From Vicugna vicugna (Eukaryota), in NCBI GenBank assembly GCA_013265495.1, contig MU058463.1, positions 744,001 to 808,000 of the forward strand: a DNA stretch of 64,000 nucleotides, written 5' to 3'. Positions 25,171 through 39,255 of this stretch are shown in pieces. Position 1 is the stretch's first letter. Each line of letters begins with the position of its first letter. Below the pieces are notes generated by a model. The model saw nothing but the letters and a program-made list of their open reading frames with translations, searched no databases and had not been told where the DNA came from. Made by a program: the position numbers and the translations under genes.

Positions 25171-28100
25171 CCATGCTGAAGTTAATAATGTTAATTTTTG
25201 ACTGTAAAGTTTTGTGTAATTTCTTGCTATTTTAATTTTATGTATTATTTTACTTTCATAGAGATTGTATTTAGTTTGTATTTCTGAAGTATGAAGTTTA
25301 ACATTTTAACAAGGTCTTCATAAACAGAGACAAAGAAATGGTAGAAAGTATTCCCTGAATAATCAAGTAACTCATGTAATACAAAAACAATGGTAACCCT
25401 GAATTACTTAGGTGCTATTAATCTCACGTTTATAGCCCAAGCATGGTGTTCCTATATTATACCCATTCACATAAGTAATGGACATAAATTTATTTTTATA
25501 GCACATTAGTGCTATTTACTCATAAAATATTAAAGTAGAAGATGAAAGATTTAAACTAACACTGCTTAGTTATTTTTATGTGCTTGATATTGCATATGGT
25601 TGTTTCATATAATGTGATTTTAAATCCCAGAGTAAATATTTGCTTGTACTTATGGGTTAATTCCTGATCATTTATTGTAGAACAAAATGCAGCAAATTTC
25701 AGCTCCACAGCATTTACATTTTATAGAAAAAATGGTAGGATAGCTCTCATTACTCCTAGTTTACCCATAGGAAACTGTATTTCACAATTGGTGTGGACAC
25801 TTTTGTAACCAGACATCAGTAGAGGTATATTTCCTTTTGAGCTTGCAATGAAATTTCCTGCAATCGTATGCCGTGTTTGATAAGATAGAAGCAAGCTTAA
25901 GTATTTTAAAATTCACATCTGTCTGTGAGCTTCTGCTTCTGCTGCTCTAGTCAATGAACCACTCACCACCAGCCTTTGATTTCTGTACGGATTAGATCAT
26001 AATGAGCTCAAATAACAGATGTGGTCATGGTTGGTAGTCTTTTTCAGTAATTTTCATAAAAGAACGAACAAAGCAAGAGTTACAATAATAACAACAAAAT
26101 CTGAAGAAATGCAAATAACTAGAATTGAATAGTAGAACAATTTCAGTTAAGTAAAATTAAGTTGTTTTGACACTGTGCACTCTTACCTCTTCTCCTCTAT
26201 TCTCATTACTCTTCTGCTTTCACCAGACTTCACATTCATGAACATGTCCAGTGCAGGACATTTTAGTATTTGTTGTAGTCTGCCAAACCATTTACCCAGG
26301 GCCTCTACCTGAATCTGAGGCAGTTATTTTTTCATAAACAGCTTTATATCCAAATTTTAAATTGCCAACCAAACATATTTGCATAAAATCAAATTTCTGG
26401 TAAGGGGTGGAACCAGTTTTCACATACCTCAAAAGACTGTGGACTTTTCAGTGTATTTGCTGCCTCAAATATATGAATAATAGTCATGTAGTGTAACATT
26501 GTGTGATAACCATTTTAGAGCATAGCTATAAATCAGAAACAGTGCAGCATTTAAGCACTCTACTTACGAAAGTAGCTAAAATTAAACGAGTGATGACTGT
26601 TGAACAGGCAATATAAGAGATGTATTCATTGTTTCCTGACCTTCGTAAAAGTATCCTTAGGAAGACGTGCATATTGTTATCTTCAAGTCCCAATAGATAC
26701 AGGATTGGCCACAGTGAAGAGATCTGGAAAGCTGTGGTGGCATTATCTCAACCAAGTGTGTCTGATTCCAGTGCTTATTCTGTTAAATTATTCTCCTCTA
26801 TTGGCACACCCTGTGAAATGTACAAAGGCGATGCAGATTTTACAGGGGCAGATAATAAGGTGCTGAGACATCAAATAACTTTCCCAGGGTGACAAAACTG
26901 GTAATGATGAGATTTCTAAGCATAACCCTTTTGTGTGACTCCAAACCCTTGCTCATTACACCACACCATGCTCCTGTTTAAATCAGTGCCATTTCAGCTT
27001 TTAGCAACCAGGTTTCATCACATCTACAAGTCCTAATTAGATTAGTCAGCCTCTTTTCTCTGGATGAGGCCATTGTAGTGTGAAGCCAAAAACCCCAGTG
27101 ATCTGTTAATGACATTAACTTAGGCTAATAATATAGCCCAAGTATGCTATTTTTAAGTTTGTGTTCTTTAAACTTTAAAATATGAACTACCAAATGTTAT
27201 TATGTTAAGTTTGAAAATAATGACCTTTCAATGTCACACAATGGCATTATCTGATGGATATAATTTAACAATAAAGGAAATCCTTTCTTGAATTTAAGGA
27301 AACTTTTCACACTTTAACTTAATATTCCATTTCCTCTTGTTCTGTTTTTCATTTCTTTATAAATACATCTGGCCTTTCAGCAAGCTTATTTTCTGAAGAC
27401 AGTGTATGTAATATGCTACCATTTAATACCATTGGTAATGGATTTCTGATTTCAAGTTACTTCTTAAATTTCATTTTCTTACCATAAAATTGGAAAGTTT
27501 GTCACCTTATATGTTACATTATTGATCATTTCACTGACATTGTATCAATCCAGTGTAGGTACCAGACCCAGTGCTCTAAGCATTAAATTTGCTTTTTTTT
27601 TCTTTTTTACATATTATAATATACTTTACAACTTAGTTTTCATATATAATTAAGCATAAATTTGTTGGATGATTTGTCTTATGAAATGGATTATTTTAAT
27701 ATATATTATAATTCTTTATAAAATAAATTTCTAAAACTTCAAAATTACTAATATTATATCAAAACATATCAACAAAAATACCTTCAAAGTGGAAAAATGT
27801 GTTAAAGATCAGAAGCCATTTCTATAATTTTACACCATTTTAAACCAAACAGCTGTTTAGAGTACATATTATTGATCAGTGTACATTTGTTAATCCATAC
27901 CTAAATCCATGCTCAGATTATCATATTTTTATGAAAGCCATATATCCAAAAATATGTTTCATTCAATATGAGAGCCTTCCCCCCAAAACAACAAATTCTT
28001 CTTTTACCTCCCCCACCCAAAACAATATCAGGATACTTTTAAAATTGTTGATACTCAATGTGTTCTTCAAAACTATTTAGTTAAATCATAGAAACAGTTT

Positions 28101-29209
28101 AAAATAGATATGACCACTATAAAGCCTTAAATCTTTAAGATACTACTTTCTTCCCACAATTTTACTTATATGAAATTGATACGTACCTTAAAATATTTAT
28201 CTACAATTAATATATTATATCTTCACTTCTTCAAGAGCTATTATTGCAATTTTGTTCTCAAAATTAATGAGTTATAAAATATAGAATGCTACCCATTTGT
28301 CTCATATTAATTTGAGAAGCAAACATACATATAAGATAGAAAATTTGAGGAAGTTACATATAAGTTCCTCATTATTATGAAAATTTTTTAGCAATAAACA
28401 AATAAAACAAACTGAAAATAAGCATCTTTTTGAGTCATTTTAAATTTATGTTGGTCTTCCAGGAAAAATAATACACTTATCTTTCTGAACCCCACATTGC
28501 CTATATTGGAAATAGATTACAGTCACTGCCCCATTTCATACAGTTACAAGATACTGTAAGATAAACTACCTTTCAGAATAAATATAAACATAAAAATGGG
28601 GAAAATGTGACTCAAAAGATAACCTTCTCTAATTTTGAGTAACTCAAATAAATAGATTTTTTTTTTAAAAAGAAAAGTTTGTCAAATGTTAATTTGGAGG
28701 ATTTGAAGCTGTCAGACCTGAGATGATGAGTAAACCCTTAATCAAATGCATGTTTTCCCCCTGAGGAGAATTATCAGAAGGTTAAGATTGCTGTGCTACA
28801 AAAGCGCACTTTATGATGAACTGGCTTCTTTACATGAAAGTTCATTCATGTAAAAGATGTGTGAGGTAGGAGAGGGGAAATAATAAAATGTAATTAAGCT
28901 TTGCATTTGCAGGCTATAGTTCAGTGTGTGTCCAAATACATGTGTAAGTCTTGAGAGTGATGGGCTTCATACTGTTTCCTACTGGTAGAGTGGCCAGCCT
29001 AATTCAAGCCTGTGTAACCCTGAGAATAACACTTTCACAGGAGATGACTTGCCCTCACAGCCTGGCTGTGAAAGACTTGGGAAAAAAAAGACATCATTTA
29101 CTCTATGGCTTCCTACTGCTATATAGTTCCCTCTTCACTTGCAAAGAAGCTAAATAATTACACAAAGAATTTATAAAAATCAGTATTTATCCTATTATTT
29201 ATAAGACAA

Positions 29210-29660
29210 CACAAACCAATATGGTTCTTGCATAATCTATACAACAAAAATAAATTAGGGGTGAACAATCTGGAGGCTGATGATAGCCACTCAACAAAAA
29301 GTCACAATCCCTAATTTCTTTTCCACACCTGAGCCAGTTTGCAGACCTAAAACCTAGTAATTGGATGAAATTCTGGGTCCTGGATTGAAGGGGCATGCAA
29401 TTCCACAGCAACTATATACAGTAAATATTTCCCAAGTCCTTCTTCCAAAGGAATTTATCACTAGTTATTAGGGTAGTGATACACTGAGGAAAGGGGGATA
29501 ATCACAGTTTTGAAGACTGATGGACACTGAGACCCTGTCATGGTAATGATAAGGCATTTTCATGGCCTTCCTGTTATGTGGAGTTATGTGCGGATCAGGT
29601 AAAAATCGAGTCCTGGCTATAGCTGACTCACCATGTTTCCGCAGTCGCAAGGACACACTA
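29210..29660 (+). mobile_element. ERVL internal fragment (gag-protease junction)
   Basis: cctgagccagtttgcagacctaaaacc...cactgaggaaagggggataatcacagttttgaagactgatggacactg resembles ERVL-int around the degenerate LLDTG protease motif. Confidence 0.7.
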
Positions 29661-30229
29661 AGAGCTTATTTCTCCAGACAAGCAATCCAATTAAAATAAC
29701 AGAAAGTAAATTTAAAGAAACACAAACAAATCCACATTCATGGTAGGAGATTTCAAAATGTTTATTTTTGCGTCAGTTCTCTATTCTCTCAAAATTACAT
29801 AAGAAACGCAAAAGGGAGCCTACAACCCTGTATTTTGTACCAATTTTGATGGTTCCAGTTGGTTCCAGTTCCTTCAAGTAAATTTGTTTTATAACTTTTT
29901 TGTCAGTAAGGGTTTTGATGAGGTAATATTGGTCTCTGATCTTTTTTCATACCTCGGATATAATAGCTCAGTAGAGAAATGTAACTTGGTAAGAAAATTG
30001 ATAAATACATGTAGATATAAATAAGCACTGATTATAAATAATGAAATAATAATGATGGTATAAAACTAAGTAACAGTTCCTTGTTATGTGAAAAATAATT
30101 ATGTGAACGAGGGGCATTAGTATAACATCTGCTAAGAACTTCAAACAATTTGCGGAATTACTTGAAAAATTTATAAATTTATTGTAGACTTCTGCGTGTT
30201 CTTGCCTGTATTAATAATCCTAATAACTC

Positions 30230-31260
30230 AGATTCTAATTGCTTTTCCTTTACATATAATTATTGGTTCTTTTTAAAGAGTCACTCTCTATTTGATGTGT
30301 TTATAGGATTAATTATGTGCCTATGATTAGATTAGCTTTGATTTCTTCTTCTCTCACCTCAATATCTTTCAGTTTTAAGACATATCTCTTCATTTCCACG
30401 AGTTTTTAGACAATCTCATTTCAAATATAACTTTAATTCCCTTTTTAGTTTTCTTAATATTCCCTTTGGAAATTATTCTTAATTATCCACTTTGCTGCAT
30501 GTAGATTGCACCTGTATATCATATCCTCTTTGTCTCATAACCTCTCTGATATTTTCATTGCTTTGTATTTTTGTGATACGTTCCCAGAAATTTCCTCAGA
30601 TGTTTCTGCCAGCTTATTGAGTCTGTGCTGAACCAAATCTAATCAGATATTTAATCTGTTAAAATTTTAATCACAATAAAATATTTAATTTCTAGTATGG
30701 TCATGTTGTCCTTTTTCAAATCTATCTATGCTTGTTTCATGATGTTATAGATTTTTAATTTTTTTCATTCATTATTTCATCATTTTAATTCTTTAAAACA
30801 CATTTCATTTAAAACACATTGTTGTATATTCCCTTTTGAGTTTTTATTCTTATCTTAAGTTCTAAAAATATTTATCATATTAGTGTGGTCCAAAGACTCT
30901 TCTTCATAATAGATTATTCCCTTTGGCAATTTTACTTTTAATTTTAAGTCCAAGTTCAGGAAAAACTTTATTTTTCTGTATGCTCTGGGCTGTGGATATA
31001 TTTCCAAAGTAAAGTTTGGACATTGCTTTGGTCAGTTTCTTGAGAGCTTTCACTGTAATAAATGTACATATATTTAAAATATATATATATATTGCAATAA
31101 ATTATCTGCTTGGACTTTCTTTCCTACCTGGCTAAGCTAACATTATCCCATGATTAACATAGGCTTGAATTTGATTCTTCAAAGGACTGTTTTTTCTATT
31201 TAAGTACCAGGACATGTGTTAAGTCATCATAACATGTATCTAGCATGGTAGGAATAATTT
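30230..31260 (-). mobile_element. Ancient L1ME/HAL1 ORF1-region fragments
   Basis: T-rich degenerate antisense ORF1 motifs (ttccctttggaaattattcttaatt, aatttcctcagatgtttctgccagc). Confidence 0.5.
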
Positions 31261-31276
31261 GTTTGTTTGTTTAATG

Positions 31277-31508
31277 CAGTGGTTCTCAACAGGGAAAATC
31301 TCTCTCCTTCCCAAACCCTAGTCACATAGATACTTGACAATATCTGGAGATATTTTTGGTTGTCTCCAGAAATGGTGAAGTTGTACTACTGACAACTAGT
31401 AGGCAGAGGCCAGGGATGCTGTTAAACATCCTACCATATAAAGGATAGTCTCCTACAATAAATAGTTATCCAGCCAAAATACCATCAGTGCTAAGGCTGA
31501 GAAATTAA
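31277..31508 (+). mobile_element. MER20-like hAT-Charlie element
   Basis: cagtggttctcaac...tctggagatatttttggttgtc...ctagtaggcagaggccagggatgctgttaaacatcctac...gtgctaaggctgagaaa. Confidence 0.85.
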
Positions 31509-32669
31509 TACAATTAATTTCTATGACAACTAAAATCTAAACTTTATTTTACTGAATAGTCAGAAGCAATAGTTTCTGACAATTCAGAAAATAGTCAGAA
31601 CTTAACTGACTTAATTTTTCTAGTTTTTTCTGTTTCTTCATCAATTCTAAATACTGAAACTTGTTGAGAATATATTGCCTATGCTGTATATGCTATAAGG
31701 GAAAACTCATAGTCCCTTTTTCTTAAACTAATGCGATATTTTTCCTCTTCTACTAAATTTCTTCTAAATTTAATTGATTTTTTAAATTCCATAAAATTAG
31801 CTTAGGAAAATGTTAATTTGTGTAAATTACACTGAGTAGAATTAACACCTTTTATAAATTACATTGCAGTTCAATATTCTGCATAGTACTGGCCTGAAAG
31901 ACCAATAAATCTAAATCTTATGATTATTATGAATGAACTTGCTGATTTTAAAATATGCAAACATGTGAAAACCTTGAGATTCTAACTACTACATGTAGGC
32001 CAGTTTCTAACAGATTTAGACTTTACATTCCTTTTAGAAATGTAGATTATCAAATTAATATAATTCAAAATTATCTAGTTCTAGATCTTAGCTCATAGTT
32101 ACTATACATAATAACATTAAATTCTTGCTTTGATAGTATCCTGCTTGATTATTATTTTTGTTCTTTGCCTATTGATTTGTAGTAACATTAATTTTTATTC
32201 ATGATTTATCTTTTTAAAAAATCAATATAATGTTATTCTTTCTATAGATGGCACCTGTCAGTGGAAATAATCAAGTATCTTTCAGAATGAGGTCAACCCC
32301 TCTCAGTAACTTTGTAATATATCACTATGATTCAAGTTTCTCCATTATACGCAAACGTAGAGGACAAGATGACTTTGTAACCTCAATTGCCTGGGAACAC
32401 TGCCAAAAATTGGATTTTGTGCTACATTAATGTAATGGAGAAAGACTCACTCTTGAATTGCACTTATGTTCTATTGGATTAAAAAAAAAGTTCACTATAA
32501 CCTTGGCTAGTCATTAAGTAGAAAACCCTGATTATAAAGTTAAGGCAAAATCGAATGGTACGTACACTATTTCAGATATTATAATAAACAGTAATATTTT
32601 AACAGTAATACTAGGTGACAGATATTATAATAAATGCCTTATTAATTTGTATACACATACACCAAACCT

Positions 32670-34320
32670 GTATTAGGTTCTTACTGTTTGCTGTGCTCTT
32701 TTCTAGTTACACCTCTAGGGAAATCAGCAAGAGCAACAACAGATAAGATCACTCCCTCGTGGAATGTTTTCTTTATTCAGGGAAGGCATGCAATGAACTA
32801 TTACATAAATAGACAAAGAAATATCAAGTAATGGCAAGAACTATGATGAAAAGTAGATACTTCATTATAGACGTTAGTTTTTCTAACTAATGATATTATA
32901 GGCCGAACTGTATCCTCTAAAAAGGTGTGTTGCAGCCCTAACCCCTGCACCATGTGACCTTTTTTGAAAAGAGGGTCTTTGAAGATGTAAACAAGTTAAG
33001 ATGAGACCATTAAAGTCCTTATCCAATATGACTAGTATCCTTATAACAAGAAAAAAATTTAGACCTAGAGACAAACACAGAGAATGCCATGAGGATACAG
33101 AAGCAGAGGTTGTAGTGATGCAACTAGAAGGTGAGGAATGGACTCTCCTGGCCATCACCAGGAGCTAGGAGAGGGGCAGGAGACAGAATCTCCCTCATAG
33201 TCCTCAGAAGGAACCATGCTTCTAACACCTTGATTTTAGACTTCTAGCATCCAGAACTGTGATTCAATAAACTGCTGTCATTTTAAGCCACCCAGCATGT
33301 GATACTTTATTACAGCAGCTCCAGGGAACTAATACACTTGATATCTAAGTTGAGAACTAAATTATGGCATAAATGAACTGTGGGAAGAATTGAAGAAGAT
33401 AACCTGAAGTAGAAGGGTTTGATAGTGCAAAGATATATGTGCAAACAGACCCTCTTATGCATAAGAAGCAGAAAGACGGTGTCTATGGCTGTAGTGTAAA
33501 ACTATAAAGCAGAGAGATAATTGTAGGAAATGATATGGAATATTTAGGTGGACAACAAATCATGTTTTCCAACTAAGGAGTTCAGATTTTATTCTAAGTA
33601 AATGAAAAAAGTTATTTGAAGATTTTAAGAATAATTAAAAATAACCAGAAAGGAAATATGTATTTCAAAAAGAAATTCTCCATTCTGGAGAATGGATAGT
33701 GGGGAGATGGGGTGGACAAGACTGAAACATGCAGAGCAGTAAGGAATGCAGTCCAGTGACCCAGTGGTATATATCATAAATTTGGGTGATTTTTGTTAGG
33801 CTGGTAATTACTGGATATTGAGAGGAGTAAAAGATTTGTGGTATGCTGATGGAATCACTGGTGGAGAACATGTATGGAATGAAAAGATAGAGAATTCAAG
33901 CTAACTAACTCCTGGATTTTTGCCTTGAGATCCTGGATAGTTGACAATATCATTTCCTGATATTAGGGAAACTCAGGAAGGAACAGTTTTAGGTGGGACA
34001 AGTTAAATTGTGATATTCCAGATCTATTAGTTATAAAATGTAGAATGTTTAAGTTACAGTTTAGATATATAGGTTTTGAACTCAGATGAGATGTTGAGTC
34101 TGAAGATATGCATTTTGGAGTAATCAGCATAAAGTTGGTATTTAAGGCTGTAAACCTGGATGTAAGATAGCCATCATTAGAGGGATATATTCCCACGAAT
34201 TACCCCAGGGCTGCAAGTTTTCAAGACTGGGTGGGATGTGGGACACGCAAGGATATTGATAAAGAAATCAATGAAGTAGAAGTAGAAGTAGAAGAAAGTT
34301 CCAGATTTGATGCAGGAAGG
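32670..34320 (-). mobile_element. L2a-like LINE, split by an MLT1C LTR
   Basis: L2 3' end at 32670-32860. Continues after 33337 with taaggagttcagattttattctaag and gatatgcattttggagtaatcagcataaagttggtatttaaggc. Confidence 0.75.
32894..33336 (+). mobile_element. MLT1C-like MaLR solo LTR
   Basis: ggccgaactgtatcctctaaaa...cctcagaaggaacc...ttttagacttctagcatccagaactgtga...aataaa...ttaagccaccc...gaactaataca. Confidence 0.88.
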
Positions 34321-34908
34321 CTGAGCAGAAAATGCAAACCAGTAGTCAGGAAAGGATTATTCTAGAGACAAAGTTCTAGCATGGAAGAATGGGTAGTAGT
34401 TAGCTACTGGAATGAATTAAAAACAGTTCCAGGCAAAAGGATAATCCTGTCCAAATTCCTGAGGCGAAAGGAGCACATAATACATTAAAATAAATGGAAA
34501 ACCAAATAAAGCAGAAAACATGATATGATTTAAGGTAAATGATGAAGAATAAGGCCAAGGATGTAATCAGGCAGCAGATCAATTGTGCTTAGTAAAATTT
34601 ATATTAAGCACATTGGACTGCATCCTAGTGGGCATGGGATACCTTCAAATAGTTTAGGTCAGGAGTATATCCATTCCACATTAAAATATCATTTCATCTG
34701 AAGTAAAGAATGGATTTGAAGACAGCATTAGCAACCCCTTACTATGCATCATTTATGTTTCTTTAGTTATGAGCTTATAATAATGACCTCAACTGTGACT
34801 TGCAATGAAGATCACCATATGGTTCAGTTATCTGAAACAGTCTTGGTTTACCCTGTGTTTTGTGATAATTATTAAAAGTAAACCCTTTAGCCTCAAAAAA
34901 TTCCAGGT

Positions 34909-35080
34909 CAATGATATGCCAATGAATATTTAACAGTTGCTGGGGAGGGGCAGGTCTCAATTTATAGCATTAGCTGATTTTCATGGTGAAGATATCACCA
35001 CCATGGTGACCAAGTTTAAGCTAACTTTTTAACAATCAGCTCATCAAAGCCAGGAAAAGCCAGTTCCAGTTCAACAATGG
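34909..35080 (+). mobile_element. MER63A-like hAT-Blackjack element
   Basis: aatatttaacagttg...tttatagcattagctgattttcatggtgaagatatcaccaccatgg...aagccagttccagttcaacaatgg. Confidence 0.65.
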
Positions 35081-36079
35081 TTCAATTTTTTATAACTTAT
35101 TATCTATTAGTGGTACTCCTTCACATTCAAATGAGTATCAATTTTGATTATAAATCAGTCACCTTGCCTAAAATGGAAAGGTGTTATTTGGAATAAATCA
35201 GTATTAATGTATTAACCTAATGTTAGCTTGTATCATGATTTGTAAATGGAATCAAATTACATTACACCAAGAAATGAAGTATAGGAGAAATTACTCAATG
35301 TAAATGATCCTCCTAGAATTAAAAATTGAATTTCACCACTCAATAATTTTATAGTTGCTATATGGTTCTTTATTAAATAGTGATTTATGTAGATCCCGTC
35401 ATTATAAATGTTATTTTTGAAGGTATTTTCCTTATATAAATCATTTATGCATAATCTTTACAAACATCTCCTAAAGTTTACTTTGGAATATTTTAAAGAA
35501 AATCTATAACCTTTGTTTATAAATTTTGGTTTGAAAATTGAATGGCTTATATCATTTGATATAATTATTAAGGAATTGCTTAGTAAACCTTGAAACAATA
35601 GAAACACCTCCTATCAGATTATTATAATAGGAGTTTTAAGGAGGCCAGCAATTCCTTTAAATAGTAGGAAACAAAAAATATAATTAGTAAAAGATTAATT
35701 AGAATTATTAATAAGAAAAATAATTTGGCATATATAAAATAGGTGACAACAACATCACCAAATATCATTAGGTAATTGACCTAAGTGAATACGTTGGTTT
35801 TCAAATAATACCAAAGTACCACTTTGGTCTTGGTACATTTTGAAAACATATTTTTATGAATTTTCAATGTTAAAAAATGTAAAATGTCAGTAGTACTGAC
35901 TAACCAGGTGCAATTCATAAAATCTGTTTTAATCATGATATTTGTCAAATAAAAATGCAAATTAGGACTAATTTACAATAACATGATAATGGTTTTCAAA
36001 ATTCTAAAGCAATTCATACATAGATGAAATAGAAAATTGTGTTAAAGATGTTTATTTGAGAACCTTTTCTGAGAAAAAT

Positions 36080-36770
36080 CAGAAACAAAAAGTCTAAAAT
36101 TTCTGTTGTGCATGTAGCACCCATCATTTTCTGCAGTTCATCCAGGATCTGAGTTATAAATGGTTCTTGCAAATGTCAGCCAGAATTCTCCATATTAAGG
36201 AGAATGTTCAAGGGTATCCTATGGGGGAAGGAGAATTTTGTTTTAATGAGTCAATCTCTCTTCCTGTTTGGTGTACTTTAGCTTTCCTGTTCTGAGTCTT
36301 AATGGTTATTGCTAGAATGGTCTCACTTGGCACATTTCACTGAGATGGATCGCTATTTTCTCACAGAAAAAGTTTTGTAACTGACTAATTATGTAACTTG
36401 TTACAATATTTCCCTCATCTCAAAAACCACAATCTAGATACAGACTCTCCATGTTTTAGTTATTTTTTTATATATAATTTTGTCTTGATTTAAGTAAATA
36501 TAAGATGCAACAAAAACGTCACAGAGAAAAATGCTTATTTACACATCTAGAGAAAACATCCATAAAGCATTAAATCACATTTAGAAGATAGTCAAAAACA
36601 CATGATTTCACTAATATTAACAGATCTGTTTCATTGTTAAAATCTTCTTCATTATAAAAAAAAATAGGTGCTGGATATCTGTATCATCTTGAGTTGTTTT
36701 TTTAAAAGACAACAATGTGACTCAATCATTAGAATCAAAGAGTTTATAATCTTATAGGGAACAAGTCTTT
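36080..36770. mobile_element. Possible old ERV1 internal fragment
   Basis: Composition and motifs reminiscent of MER4/MER34-group internal sequence. No ORF support. Confidence 0.3.
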
Positions 36771-36779
36771 ACAAAAGAA

Positions 36780-37343
36780 TGTTGAAAGGCCATTTGGAAA
36801 TAAATAATGTCTTCCTTATAAAAAGTAGTTCAGAAGAGTTGCCCCCATAGTGTAAACCCTGACATTTGATTTCTATTTTTCTGTAATGCTAGTGCCTGAC
36901 TTAAGCTTTGATTGCCAAGACATCCAATTCAAAGATGGGTGACCATCTCAAATAAACACATTTTTAGCCACAGGACTAGATAGACAGCCAGGCTGCCTCC
37001 TACTTTCAGGCTCCTTGAATAACTGACTGCTAGCTGCTAGGTTTTGTTTTTTTTCTTTCTTTCTCTTCTCTCCTTTAAGTTACTGCTGTTGTGTTTTAAA
37101 TTCGCCAGTAAAGAATAAGCCCAAGAAATCCTACACCCCACCCTCAACCCCAGTAAAATCAGAACTCCAGGCCCTCACTGTCCACCCCACCAACCGTCAG
37201 CCTTGCTGTGTGGCCCAGGTGTGTCATGTAATTTCCAGGACTTAGTAATAATAAACTTTTTACACCAAAAGTTTCCTGATGGTTTTTGCTGAGGACGTCT
37301 TGCAATCATAATAAGAACCGTAGGGGCTGGTCCAGCAACAACA
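36780..37343 (+). mobile_element. ERV1-like solo LTR
   Basis: tgttgaaagg ... ccagcaacaaca termini, AATAAA near 37250 and LTR-like organisation. TSD not evident, 5' boundary uncertain. Confidence 0.6.
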
Positions 37344-39019
37344 TTAATTATAGATGAGCTGAGAGCGACATACAATACCCTGCTTTAAAAAAAGAAAAGC
37401 AAGAAAAAAAGGAAAAGAAAAAATATAGCTTATGTCTCTATAAAATTAATTGAAGTTACATCTTTCCATTCTTTGAGTAATGGAATCATTTGCATTTTTA
37501 AAATTCTCTATTCTTTGTTGAGGAAACAAACAGGCTGGAAGTGTTTTATTGGGAGAATTCTCTTAGCAATAGTAACAAAAGTTTTTTTAAATTAAAAAAA
37601 AAAAGATATTTGCCTTCTTTCACCTGCCATCCCTCTCCCTGATATCTGCCTAGAAAACCACACTTTCATCCATTTCCTGCCTTCACTGAAACAGATTTGC
37701 AGCAACTCCAGATATATTTACCACTAGTTAGAGAGGACACCCCTTCAAATATCTCAAAGTATGTCTTTACAGATAGCAGTTAAATTGAGCCATTGCTATC
37801 ACTCAAAATATCCTAACCTCATAGCATATTTTAGTTCTTCTAGATAACTAACTGCTGTGCTACTCTCATACTGTGTTCTTTTGAGAACCAGTTGTTACTT
37901 CTATTTAACTCCCCATCTTTTATTTGAAGAGCTCTGAAGTCTATAGACACTGGCTTGTTTTTTAACTGAAGCAGTAAACTTTATCATACAAAATGCTCCT
38001 TCTATTTATAGAAACAAATAAACAACTGATACGCTATCAAATTCCAATTCATAATTATATTTCAAATAAGATGTTTTAACATTTTATGAAAATATAACTT
38101 TATTATATAAGGATATATGATAAAGAAATATTAAAACATTTATATTGATTTTATGGAAAAGAGATCCAATAAATTCAGGTTATAATCTCAATAATTTTCT
38201 CAGTAGTCTATATAAGTTTCTATAAGAGCCATGTAAATTTGTGTCTAGAGTAGTTTTTGAAAAGCTAACTATCCTAAAGGCACTGTGTTTCAAAGCATGT
38301 TTCATTGGTGAAGATTCTACAAATATCACTATTGGCTTTATTCATTCAACCAAATCTAATAACTGATCATAACATTGTATGAAAGGAGAATTTTTTTCAG
38401 TCAACAACAAAGACAGAGTATGGAAGTAAGATATATAAGTAGCTCTGATATCATCAGACAGGTTTTAGCTTGCCAGTTACTCAAGTAAATTGTTATGTGT
38501 GTCTGTGCAATGAGTAAAACCTACTATTTGGCATGCTCCTTTCTTTTCAAGCTGAAGAAATATCTCATCAGTAAAGTTCAAGAATTTTAGTCCATAGATC
38601 TTATGACATCTTTACAAATGTACAGAAACAGTTTTTTCAATATTATTTTCCATTTATTAGCTGTGTCCAGCTGTATTTTGAGTTGGCAAGTAAATGAATT
38701 CCAGACTACTGAAATGTTATACATTGCCTTTATCCACACAAGATTAAAGTCACTGTTGACACTTTATTTCTCTTGTTCCCAAAGGGCTATTGTTAAACAT
38801 TTGTACCGTTCTTTGCTTCAGTTTTGCATATTCTAAAAAAGAATGACTCATTCTTTCTTTCTTTCTTTCTTTTTTTGAAAGAGTCTTGAGGTTATTGATC
38901 AGCAGTTCAATTCATTCAGTGTTTAGTACAAGTCAGGGATGAGAGACAGAAAAACAGAAAGACCAAAAGAAAAACAAGAAGGAAAGGAGGGAGAGAGAGG
39001 GAAGAGATACCAAGTATTG

Positions 39020-39255
39020 GACTGTAGTGGTTAAGAAATAGGTCCCCAAATTCAGGAAGAATTAGCTCAAAATTTTTACCATGGAAGTTTTAGATTTTGA
39101 TACTGGTCAACTATAATTTTTTTCCAAACTTGGTATAATACATTTTCCTACCTCACAGATTATTTGTGTATGATAATCAAACATATTAATCCATGTGAGG
39201 TGCTATCCACAGTGCCTGTCAGAGAGGAAAGTTATTAATTTTGCTATTATTATTA
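39020..39255 (+). mobile_element. MIR SINE
   Basis: tagtggttaagaa...cctacctcacagatt...acagtgcctg...ttgctattattatt. Confidence 0.75.

Noticed and set aside
28829..28854. 10-bp stem hairpin tttacatgaa / ttcatgtaaa
   Set aside because: An AT-rich stem of this length is plausible by chance.
32231..32430. Strong splice-acceptor-like tract followed by a 60-aa ORF
   Set aside because: No recognisable protein, no convincing donor, and no partner exons.
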